Part shown: in pieces, positions 1 through 6,964 of the stretch
Layout of the letters: every line of letters starts with the position of its first letter
Numbering within the stretch: position 1 is the first letter of the stretch
Assembly (NCBI GenBank): GCA_947626345.1
Contig: CANQSF010000011.1
Span: 3,050-67,049 of the forward strand
Length of the DNA: 64,000 bases
Source of the DNA: an uncultured Oscillospiraceae bacterium
GTDB lineage: Bacteria; Bacillota; Clostridia; Oscillospirales; Oscillospiraceae
Direction: 5' to 3'
Translations under genes and position numbers: made by a program
The notes under the pieces: generated by a model
Told to the model about the DNA's origin: nothing
Database searches by the model: none
Seen by the model: only the letters and a program-made list of their open reading frames with translations

Positions 1-31
1 ATCTTTGAGAGTGTGTATGTTTTGTACTTGA

Positions 32-516
32 CTTTGTACAAATCGTACATTATCCTGGAATAATAAGGGAGGCACCGGAAAACTACTTTAGCGTTTCAAA
101 TCATATGTGATTATGCCCACAGAAACCCGGACAAAAAACTGTTGGCCATTGATGTTTGTCCTCAGGCCAATCTTTCAGAACTTTTGCTCGGTGGTTTAAA
201 CCAAGGCGGCAGCGATAATCTTCTAAAAAGGCAAGGGACTACGCCAAGGGCTACTATTGGAGGTTATTTCCAACTGAGACTTCCATCACCATATAGCCCT
301 CCGGTATTCACTGCCGCTGACTTTATATCAACCCCGGCATATTATAATCCCTACATACCGCAAAATGTCGACTTAGTATGCGGCGACCTATTGTTAGAAC
401 TACAGGCAAATGCTATTTCGACACTGGCAAACAACCAGATTCCCGGCACGAATACATGGCTTGCACAAGTAATAGTTTGCGTAAATATCGCTGTGCGCCT
501 GTATGCAAACCCTTGA
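32..516 (+). pseudogene. ParA/Soj-like P-loop ATPase remnant (frameshifted, probably 3' truncated)
   Basis: The frame of 32-82 reads ..LSWNNKGGTGK. The frame of 67-516 continues KTTLAFQI..LLAIDVCPQANLSELLLGG. A deviant Walker A, KGGTGKTT, is therefore split by a 1-nt shift inside the A4 run at 79-82. There is no ATG start and the product ends after about 150 aa. The region is visibly AT-richer than the rest of the window. Confidence 0.5.
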
Positions 517-563
517 AAACAGGGACTTTTTCAAAAAATACTATAACGACACTCGCACCAAAA

Positions 564-598
564 AGCAGAGGACAGCTTTTGCTGTCCTCTGCTTTTTG
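564..598 (+). terminator. Rho-independent terminator (bidirectional shape)
   Basis: Perfect 13-bp stem AGCAGAGGACAGC/GCTGTCCTCTGCT with a TTTT loop. It is followed by T5 and preceded by A4. Confidence 0.7.
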
Positions 599-650
599 AT
601 ATGGACACAGGACCAGCGGCATCCGGGGCATCTCCCGGGTGGGGTTTTTG

Positions 651-679
651 TTGACAAATCGGCGTGAGGCGACTACAAT
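651..679 (+). promoter_or_regulatory. Sigma-70-type promoter of the peptide genes
   Basis: TTGACA (651-656), 17 nt spacer, TACAAT (674-679). A GGAGGG RBS lies about 8 nt before ATG 740. Confidence 0.6.
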
Positions 680-739
680 TTAATTGGTCGAATCAAACGC
701 GGGAGGGGATACGGCCCGCGAGGATCGGAGGGAAAGCGC

Positions 740-934
740 ATGAACGAAGAACTGAACGAAAAAAAGCTGGAGACCGTCACGGGCGGGATAGATGTCCCTT
801 CCTATCCGCCCGTCAAGTGCCGCTGCGTGAAGTGCGGCAGAGAGTATATGATACGGGAAGATATAAACCTGACTAAGCTCCATTGCCCAGTAACAAGCTG
901 CTGCGGGACTTTGGTCAAAGTGAGGGACGAATGA
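740..934 (+). CDS. Small Cys-rich peptide precursor with double-glycine leader
   Basis: 64 aa. MNEELNEKKLETVTGG fits the LSxxELxxIxGG leader: V at -4, L at -7, L at -12, GG at -2/-1. The 48-aa core has 6 Cys arranged CxCxxC ... CxxxxCC, a zinc-ribbon-like spacing. The locus has its own promoter and RBS and a terminator shared with the next gene. Confidence 0.6.
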   Translation: MNEELNEKKLETVTGGIDVPSYPPVKCRCVKCGREYMIREDINLTKLHCPVTSCCGTLVKVRDE

Positions 935-935
935 G

Positions 936-1201
936 ATGAACGAGGAGAAGAAAGATCTGCCGGGGATGACCCTGAACAGGAGAAAGACCTGGAAAAGGTG
1001 ACCGGCGGGCTGGAGGGGATCGAGGAATACATGGAGGTCCAGGCGTTTCGCGAGGCCTTTATCAAGGCCAACTGCAGCCACTGCGCGAAACGCGGCACGG
1101 ATGACTGCACCTATCCGGATGACAATTATGCGGATGCGAAGGGCATGTATTACATGTTCAGGAACCGTCCGTGGGGATGCCCCTTCATCATCCCCAAGTG
1201 A
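936..1201 (+). pseudogene. Second double-glycine-leader Cys-rich peptide gene, interrupted by a 1-nt frameshift
   Basis: ATG 936 opens MNEEKKDLPG.., the same MNEE start as gene 1, but stops at 999-1001. The other frame, open from 935, reads ..DDPEQEKDLEKVTGG|LEGIEEYMEVQ..NCSHC..DC..GCPFIIPK to the stop at 1199-1201. One extra G in the G4 run at 962-965 would fuse the two frames into an 88-aa precursor. The GTG-998 ORF of the track would start inside the leader. Confidence 0.45.
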
Positions 1202-1257
1202 CCCTGTTCGGTCAGACCGTGAACGACGTGCCGGACTGCCCGGCAGGGGAAAACAAA

Positions 1258-1305
1258 GACCATCGGCAGACGCGAGCGCGCCTGCCGATGGTTTTGTGCT
1301 TTTTG
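1258..1305. terminator. Bidirectional terminator between convergent genes
   Basis: Stem CCATCGGCAG/CTGCCGATGG with a GC-rich loop. TTTTGTGCTTTTT follows on plus, and a T-rich tract (GTCTTTGTTTTCCCC) follows on minus. Confidence 0.6.
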
Positions 1306-1318
1306 GCGGCGGGGCGGA

Positions 1319-2113
1319 TCACGCCACCAGCCACTTGTATTTCTCCACGCTGTACAGGGGCACGAAGGGCAGCAGGATGGGCACGGTCTTCACGTATTTC
1401 TGATACTCCGGGTCCTTGCCGTAGTTCTTGTTCTGGCGGATCTCCAGGCGGCGCGCGCCGCTGAACATGACGAAGATGATGCCCGCGTAGCCGATGAGGG
1501 CCGGCAGCCACTGCCAGCCGTGCACCCCGCCGATGCCGGACAGCACCACGCCTGTCCAGAACAGCATCTCTCCCAGATAGTTGGGGCAGCGGACGAGGCG
1601 ATAGAGCCCCGTGTCCACGAACCGGCGGGGATCGACCTTCTTGGCCCTGTTCTTCTGCAGGTCCGCGGCGGACTCCAGGGCGATGCCGCAGAGCATGACC
1701 ACGATGCCGATATAGGTCCAGGCGTTGGAGCCGGCGCCATTGTGCAGTCGATAGAACACCGGCAGCACCTGCAGCACATACAGCAGCGCGCAGGTGACCC
1801 AGATGGCGATCTTCACGCCGAAGGGGACGTCCTGCTTGATCTCGCCGGTCATGTTCTTGTTGTAGGAGGCGCTCTTCGCCTCCCGGTAGGCCAGATACCC
1901 GCCCAGGCGGCAGCCGTACAGGAAGAAGATGGCGCAGGCCAGCGCCGTGCCCACGTCCAGGCCCTTTCCGAACAGCGCCAGCATCACCAGGCCCTCCCCG
2001 GCGATGGAAAAGCCATAGCCCAGGGAGATGAACCAGACGTATTTTTTAAAGCCGATGGCGCTGATGAGCATAGCGGCTGCGAACAGCACCCAGAAATACA
2101 CGGGAAATACCAT
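1319..2113 (-). CDS. DUF1295 / steroid-5-alpha-reductase-ICMT-like membrane protein
   Basis: 264 aa and multi-TM. The C-terminal motif FVDTGLYRLVRCPNYLGEMLFWTG is typical of the DUF1295/ICMT-like superfamily. It is the last gene of the TetR-headed operon. Confidence 0.8.
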   Translation of the reverse strand: MVFPVYFWVLFAAAMLISAIGFKKYVWFISLGYGFSIAGEGLVMLALFGKGLDVGTALACAIFFLYGCRLGGYLAYREAKSASYNKNMTGEIKQDVPFGVKIAIWVTCALLYVLQVLPVFYRLHNGAGSNAWTYIGIVVMLCGIALESAADLQKNRAKKVDPRRFVDTGLYRLVRCPNYLGEMLFWTGVVLSGIGGVHGWQWLPALIGYAGIIFVMFSGARRLEIRQNKNYGKDPEYQKYVKTVPILLPFVPLYSVEKYKWLVA

Positions 2114-2135
2114 TTTAATTATCCTCCTTGATCGA

Positions 2136-2741
2136 TCATTCTTCTCGCAGGCCCGCCTTATGCAGGCTCAGCACCCCTGCCAGCAGCAGCCCCTGGCCCA
2201 GGCAGTTGATCAGCTGCTCGGCCCAGTTGACGGCGGCCGCCGTACTGTCCCGGCTGGAGAGATACCCCATGGCCATGGAGCAGACGAAGGACAGCGCGAA
2301 CAGGGCGATGACGCCCTTTTTCTTCATCTGCGCCGCCAGCACGCTCAGGCTCGCGCACACGGCCCCCAGTCCCAGCACCATCATGGCGATGAAGACGAAG
2401 CTGCCGGAAAATACCGGAGGGGCCACGGCCAGGGCAGTGGAGCGGCGGCCGGCGAGCATCAGCACCATCCCCAGCCCTGCCAGCAGAAAGCCGATGGACT
2501 GGGTGGGCAGGAACATGGTGTTCAGCGCCTGGAAGTCGCAGATCCCGGCGGCGTACAGCAGCTTCCACGTGGCCTTGCAAAACCCCGCCGCGAAGATGTT
2601 GATGGTGCCGGCGGCAAAGCAGGCGAAGGCGTATTTCGGCATCCGGCGGTACAGGTCCCGCTGCAGTAGCACGGCGGCCCAGCCGAAAAACACCACGGGG
2701 ATGTAGTCCACCAGCGCCATGGGTATCGACACGTCGTACAT
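2136..2741 (-). CDS. Integral membrane protein, function unknown
   Basis: 201 aa, about 6 hydrophobic helices, no recognisable motif. Gaps of 10 nt and 22 nt to the neighbouring genes indicate co-transcription. Confidence 0.6.
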   Translation of the reverse strand: MYDVSIPMALVDYIPVVFFGWAAVLLQRDLYRRMPKYAFACFAAGTINIFAAGFCKATWKLLYAAGICDFQALNTMFLPTQSIGFLLAGLGMVLMLAGRRSTALAVAPPVFSGSFVFIAMMVLGLGAVCASLSVLAAQMKKKGVIALFALSFVCSMAMGYLSSRDSTAAAVNWAEQLINCLGQGLLLAGVLSLHKAGLREE

Positions 2742-2751
2742 ATCTATGCCC

Positions 2752-3678
2752 TCACTTCTTGTTTTTTTCCTTGGAGCGCTTGTCGTTGATGATCTTCATG
2801 TGCTCGGCGGTGATGAGCTCCACGTTGTTCTCCTTGGCCCAGGCCACGCAGCCCTTCAGCACCGTGCTGAGGAACACCCGGGGCACGTTCAGGATGGTCT
2901 CCAGCGCGTCGTCGGTGAACTTCACCTTGTCATCGGCCCGGTCGGCGGCGTAGCGGACGGACTCCAGGGAGGCCTTGCGCATGGGCAGCAGCTCCGCCCG
3001 CATCCGCTTGTGGCGGTGGAACCAGAAGTTCTTGCTGTCCCGGTAGCCGTAATCCACCGGCAGGGGCGGGAAGTCCCGGGCCTGGACGCCGTTGATGATG
3101 GCGTCGCTGTACTGCTTCTTCATCAGGATGCGGTCCACCCGCAGGATGAAGTGGGCGCCGAACTGGGAGGTGATGCCGTTGAAGTCGTGGTAGGGCGGCT
3201 CATAGCCGTCCAGGACGCCGGGCTTGTCGTTCTCCGCCCCGTCCAGCTCCCGCATCCAAGTGCACTCCAGCACCTGGATGGCGTCGGTGAGCACCTCCGG
3301 CCGCTTCTCTCCCGTCTGCTCCTCGATCTGGCTCTTCTCCCGGCGGAAGGCGCACTTGGGCATCTTGTCCGCCGGCTTGTCGCCGGGCCAGCTGAGCTTG
3401 ACGCACTCCTTGAAGGTCTTGGGGTCGTCGTTGACGAAGTTGATGGCGCACTTGCCGTTTTGCAGGATGTGCTGGGCGGTGTTGGAGGAGTTGCGGCAGC
3501 ACAGGAGCATGGCGTAGTAGTCCTTGCCCGCCACGTAATAGGGCGCGCACAGGGAATAGGGGCCCAGGGAGGTGGAGCCATCCTCGCAGAGGGTGCTGAT
3601 CACCACGGTGGGCATGGGGAAGAACAGGCTGGTCTGATAGAAGTTGTCTACGATGCGCAGGTTCTCAAAGCTGGACAT
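2752..3678 (-). CDS. Flavin-reductase-like (FMN-binding split barrel) protein with C-terminal PCP_red-like domain
   Basis: Start moved to M26 (MSSFENL..), which has a GGAG RBS upstream. The N-terminal PMPTVVISTLCEDGSTSLGPYS resembles a flavin reductase domain. The C-terminal KFTDDALETILNVPRVFLSTVLKGCVAWAKENNVELITAEHM resembles the protochlorophyllide-reductase-57kD-type helper domain. Confidence 0.65.
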   Translation of the reverse strand: MSSFENLRIVDNFYQTSLFFPMPTVVISTLCEDGSTSLGPYSLCAPYYVAGKDYYAMLLCCRNSSNTAQHILQNGKCAINFVNDDPKTFKECVKLSWPGDKPADKMPKCAFRREKSQIEEQTGEKRPEVLTDAIQVLECTWMRELDGAENDKPGVLDGYEPPYHDFNGITSQFGAHFILRVDRILMKKQYSDAIINGVQARDFPPLPVDYGYRDSKNFWFHRHKRMRAELLPMRKASLESVRYAADRADDKVKFTDDALETILNVPRVFLSTVLKGCVAWAKENNVELITAEHMKIINDKRSKEKNKK

Positions 3679-3692
3679 GATGGGCGCTCCTT

Positions 3693-4196
3693 TCAAAATA
3701 GTTTTTGCAGAAGGGTGTATATCTCCTCGAAAGGCTTTTCCTCCATGGTCCACGCCAGCAGCGCCTCGGCGACGAACTGGGGCGTGAACGCATCCGGCCA
3801 GTACCGGCCCAGGGGCGCGGCCAGCTGGTCCCGGAGCATGGCGTGGTAACGGCGGAAGGGACCGGGCGGCACGGCGGCCTGGCCCTCCCGGAAGACGGAG
3901 CGGTACTGCCGGGCGTAGGCGCGCAGCTGCTCATAGATGCAGCGCAGCACGGGCCCGGGCCCGTCGCTGTCCGCGCCGGCGGCGGCCACCGTCTGCATGC
4001 GCCGGTCCCACTCCTCCAGCATCACGGCGGCCACCAGGGCGTCCTTGGAGGGGAAGTAGTTGTACACCGTCCCTACCCCCACGCCGCATCCGGCCGCCAC
4101 GGAGCGGACGGTCAGGGCGGCATAGCCGCTGTCCGCCAGCTGCGCTTTGGCCTGGGCGACGAGCCGCTCTTGCAGGTTTTCGATGATCTTCGGCAT
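3693..4196 (-). CDS. TetR/AcrR family transcriptional regulator
   Basis: 167 aa. N-terminal HTH LTVRSVAAGCGVGVGTVYNYFPSKDALV. First gene of a 4-gene minus-strand operon. Confidence 0.9.
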   Translation of the reverse strand: MPKIIENLQERLVAQAKAQLADSGYAALTVRSVAAGCGVGVGTVYNYFPSKDALVAAVMLEEWDRRMQTVAAAGADSDGPGPVLRCIYEQLRAYARQYRSVFREGQAAVPPGPFRRYHAMLRDQLAAPLGRYWPDAFTPQFVAEALLAWTMEEKPFEEIYTLLQKLF

Positions 4197-4210
4197 GGCA
4201 CGCTCCTTTT

Positions 4211-4226
4211 TGTGAACGTGTTCACA
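4211..4226 (-). promoter_or_regulatory. Probable TetR operator
   Basis: Inverted repeat TGTGAAC-GT-GTTCACA with 7-bp perfect arms. It lies between the predicted -10 and the AAAGGAG RBS of the tetR gene. Confidence 0.55.
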
Positions 4227-4234
4227 TTAAACCC

Positions 4235-4263
4235 AGTATAGCACATCCCGCGCCCCGCCACAA
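4235..4263 (-). promoter_or_regulatory. Promoter of the tetR operon
   Basis: Minus strand TTGTGG (4263-4258), 17 nt spacer, TATACT (4240-4235), with a TGc extended -10. Confidence 0.45.
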
Positions 4264-4294
4264 GGGGGCGGGGGAGAAAGTTTTGGGGGCCGAC

Positions 4295-4336
4295 GGCAAA
4301 GCGAGAGGGACGCGCTTTTTCGCGCGTCCCTCTCGC
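4295..4336 (-). terminator. Terminator-like hairpin after the Lar-like gene
   Basis: 15-bp perfect stem GCGAGAGGGACGCGC/GCGCGTCCCTCTCGC. Only a short TTT tract follows on the minus strand. Confidence 0.5.
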
Positions 4337-4357
4337 TGCCCGCATCCGATCTTCGGG

Positions 4358-4582
4358 TCAGTCGCCGGGGTTGGGGCGGATGACCTTCCGGAAGTTCCAG
4401 ATCCTCGCCACGGCCTGGGCGGCCTGCCGGCGTTCCTCCTCGTTTTTGTATGACAGCTCTGCCGTGTGGGCGCCGCAGTCCAGGCACTGGACGTATACGC
4501 ACCAGCCGCCCTCCTCCTCGATGCACCCTGTGCCGCCGCAGTTGGGGCAGTCCAGCAGCTCCAGCTCGTCTAAGGGATCCAT
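4358..4582 (-). CDS. Lar-family-like small zinc-ribbon protein
   Basis: 74 aa. The pattern CPNCGG..(n)..C..CG...AVARIWNFRK matches the Lar restriction-alleviation family (CPFCGG ... C..CG ... WN.R). An extended -10 promoter (TGcTATAAT) lies upstream. Confidence 0.55.
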   Translation of the reverse strand: MDPLDELELLDCPNCGGTGCIEEEGGWCVYVQCLDCGAHTAELSYKNEEERRQAAQAVARIWNFRKVIRPNPGD

Positions 4583-4688
4583 TGCTCAGCCTCCTGTTAT
4601 TTTCGTTGCTGTGATTATTATAGCACAGATCCGGCGAAGCAAAAAGCTTTTTCTCACAGTACGCTGTCGGACCGGCCAGGACAGGGGG

Positions 4689-4717
4689 TTGCAAAGGCCC
4701 GGACCGGCAAGTATAAT
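4689..4717 (+). promoter_or_regulatory. Promoter of the patatin-like gene
   Basis: TTGCAA (4689-4694), 17 nt spacer, TATAAT (4712-4717). Confidence 0.55.
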
Positions 4718-4766
4718 AGGAAATATAAGGAACGAACGAGCCGTAACACGACCATGGAGGTGCTTT

Positions 4767-5915
4767 ATGAAACTGCGGATCGATCCCACGCCGTCCTATG
4801 CGCTGGCGCTGGAGGGCGGCGGCGCCAGGGGCGCTTATCAGATCGGCGCCTGGAAGGCGCTGACGGAGGCGGGCATCCACATCTCGGCGGTGGCCGGAAC
4901 GTCGGTGGGCGCGCTCAACGGCGCGCTGATCGCCATGGGCGACCACGCCCGGGCGGAGGAGCTGTGGTCCAACATCCACTACTCCGAGGTGATGGACGTG
5001 GACGACGACGAGATGGGCGACCTGGTCCGGGGGGATCTTCAGGAGCTGGACCTGCCCCGGGTGGTGCAGAAGGTGTCGGCCATCGTCCACAACCGGGGCC
5101 TGGACGTGACCCCCCTGCGCAACTGGATCCGCCAGGTGGCGGACCCGGCGGTCATCCGCGCCTCGGAGCAGGAGTTTTTCATCGTCACCTTCTCCGTCTC
5201 CGACAAAAAGGAGCTGGAGCTGCGGGCCAAGGACCTGACGGACGAGGAGCTGCACGATATGCTGCTGGCCAGCGCCTATCTGCCGGCGTTCCGCATCGAG
5301 CGGCTGGCGGGCAAGCTCTACGCCGACGGGGGCGTGCGGGACGTGCTGCCCCTGCACGTGCTCATCGAAAACGGCTACACGGATATCATCGCCATGCGGC
5401 TGTACGGCCCGGGGATCATGCGCCCGGTGCGCATCCCGGAGGGGACCCGGGTGCATACCATCGCGCCCACGGCCAAGCTGGGCGGCATCCTGGAGTTCGA
5501 GGCGGAGCAGAGCCGCCGGAACATGCGCCTGGGCTACTATGACGCCATGCGGTTCCTCTACGGGCTGCAGGGCAGGGATTACTACATCGACGCCCAGTGG
5601 AGCGAGGAGCAGGCCCGGCGGTTTTTGTGCGACGCCGCGGTGCGGGCCGGCGCATCCCAGGACTGGTCGCTGCGGTACATCCACGAAAAGCAGTTGCCCG
5701 GCCTGGCCAAGCGGCTGGACGCGGAGGACGGCGGCTACGTGGAGCTGGCGGCTGCGGCGCTGGAAGCGGCGGCGGCCCGGCGGGAGATCACCCCCTGGAA
5801 GATCTACACCGAGGAGGAGCTGTTCCACGCCGTCGGCAGCGGCGCGGTGGAGGAGCTGCTCACGCCCGCGGAGGACACGGGCTTTCTGAGCGGCATCCTC
5901 ACCGGACAGACCTGA
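4767..5915 (+). CDS. Patatin-like phospholipase
   Basis: Start at MKLRIDPT with a GGAGG RBS 6 nt upstream. Oxyanion motif EGGGARG, nucleophile GTSVG and DGG (YADGG) are all present. Confidence 0.9.
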   Translation: MKLRIDPTPSYALALEGGGARGAYQIGAWKALTEAGIHISAVAGTSVGALNGALIAMGDHARAEELWSNIHYSEVMDVDDDEMGDLVRGDLQELDLPRVVQKVSAIVHNRGLDVTPLRNWIRQVADPAVIRASEQEFFIVTFSVSDKKELELRAKDLTDEELHDMLLASAYLPAFRIERLAGKLYADGGVRDVLPLHVLIENGYTDIIAMRLYGPGIMRPVRIPEGTRVHTIAPTAKLGGILEFEAEQSRRNMRLGYYDAMRFLYGLQGRDYYIDAQWSEEQARRFLCDAAVRAGASQDWSLRYIHEKQLPGLAKRLDAEDGGYVELAAAALEAAAARREITPWKIYTEEELFHAVGSGAVEELLTPAEDTGFLSGILTGQT

Positions 5916-5951
5916 CGCCGCGCTTTTCAGCGCGGGAAAGGAGCGGGAGAT

Positions 5952-6809
5952 ATGTTTGACGCCGCGATCGTGGGCGCCGGCCCGGCGGGCCTGTCCGCCG
6001 CCATCAACTTGAAGCAGCTGGGCAAGGACTTCATCTGGTTCGGTTCCGCCGGCGGCGGAAAGGTGGCCAAGTCCGAGCTCATCGCCAACTACCCCGGCCT
6101 GGGGCTCGTCTCCGGCGGGGAGATGGACCGGCGCTTCGCCGGGCACGCCGCCGCGCTGGGCATCGCGCCGGAGGACAAGCTGGTCACCGGCATCATGCCT
6201 TTGGACGGGAAGTATATGCTCCTGGCGGAAAACCAGGTCTACGAGGCCCGGGCGGTGATCCTGGCCACCGGGGCAGTGGCCGCCAAGGGCCTGCCCGGGG
6301 AGCAGGAATACCTGGGCCGGGGCGTCAGCTACTGCGCCACCTGCGACGGCTTCCTCTATCGTGGCAAGCGCATCGCCGTGCTCTGCGCCTCGCCGTGCTA
6401 TGAGCACGAGGCGGCCTATCTGGCGCAGCTGGCGGAGGAGACCTTCTTTTGGCCTGCCTATCCGGCCAGCGCCCTGGCGGGCGGGGGCCTGACCCGGCTG
6501 TCCGGCCCCATCGCGCGCATCCTGGGGCAGGACAAGGTCACCGCCATAGTCCTGGCGGACGGCACGGAGATCGCTGTGGACGGGGTGTTCTGCCTGCGCA
6601 GCGCCGTGGCCCCGGCCGTGCTGCTGCCCGGCCTGCCCATGGACGGGCCCCACATCGCCGTGGACCGGCAGTGCCGCACCGGCCTGGCGGGATGCTTCGC
6701 CGCCGGGGACTGCACCGGCCGGCCCTATCAGATCGCCAAGGCGGTGGGGGAGGGCAACGTGGCCGCCCACGCCCTGGCGGAGTATCTGGCGGACGCCGGA
6801 AAGGCTTGA
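5952..6809 (+). CDS. Thioredoxin-reductase-like FAD-dependent disulfide oxidoreductase
   Basis: 285 aa. FAD motif GAGPAG, redox-active CATC and C-terminal GD motif AAGDCTG are present. The second (NADPH) GxGxxA/G motif is not recognisable at IAVLCASPCYEHEAAYL. Confidence 0.85.
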   Translation: MFDAAIVGAGPAGLSAAINLKQLGKDFIWFGSAGGGKVAKSELIANYPGLGLVSGGEMDRRFAGHAAALGIAPEDKLVTGIMPLDGKYMLLAENQVYEARAVILATGAVAAKGLPGEQEYLGRGVSYCATCDGFLYRGKRIAVLCASPCYEHEAAYLAQLAEETFFWPAYPASALAGGGLTRLSGPIARILGQDKVTAIVLADGTEIAVDGVFCLRSAVAPAVLLPGLPMDGPHIAVDRQCRTGLAGCFAAGDCTGRPYQIAKAVGEGNVAAHALAEYLADAGKA

Positions 6810-6816
6810 TCCAGAT

Positions 6817-6848
6817 GCGGGAGAGGGAGGCCTCTCCCGCTTTTTTTC
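6817..6848 (+). terminator. Rho-independent terminator
   Basis: Stem GCGGGAGAGG/CCTCTCCCGC with a GAGG loop, followed by T7. Confidence 0.75.
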
Positions 6849-6964
6849 TGCCTTCCCGCAAAAAATCCGGAACTTTCCGCAAATCCTCCCGCTGCCTATG
6901 GAAAAGGACAAAAAAGTATTGTATAATGCACATACAGAAAAAATTCGACAGCAGGAGGCGTATC

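Noticed and set aside
142-516. The TTG-142 ORF (124 aa) as an intact gene.
   Set aside because: The reading frame continues upstream into a split Walker A motif and lacks a start with an RBS. It is treated as part of a ParA-like pseudogene.
998-1201. The GTG-998 ORF (67 aa) as an independent gene.
   Set aside because: It would begin at ..V-T-G-G, in the middle of a double-glycine leader whose upstream part is open in the same frame. The MNEE start with an RBS lies in the neighbouring frame. A frameshifted precursor gene explains the data better.
4227-6911. Very long ORFs antisense to or out of frame with recognisable genes. Examples: 4227-6911 (-) 894 aa, 6896-8410 (-), 10295-11692 (+), 20583-22040 (+), 42098-44938 (-) 946 aa, 50552-52978 (+) 808 aa, 57219-60038 (+) 939 aa.
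   Set aside because: Their translations are Arg/Gly/Pro/Ala-rich low-complexity strings with no motifs. Each one overlaps a strand or frame that encodes a well-recognised protein. Such shadow ORFs are expected in high-G+C DNA.
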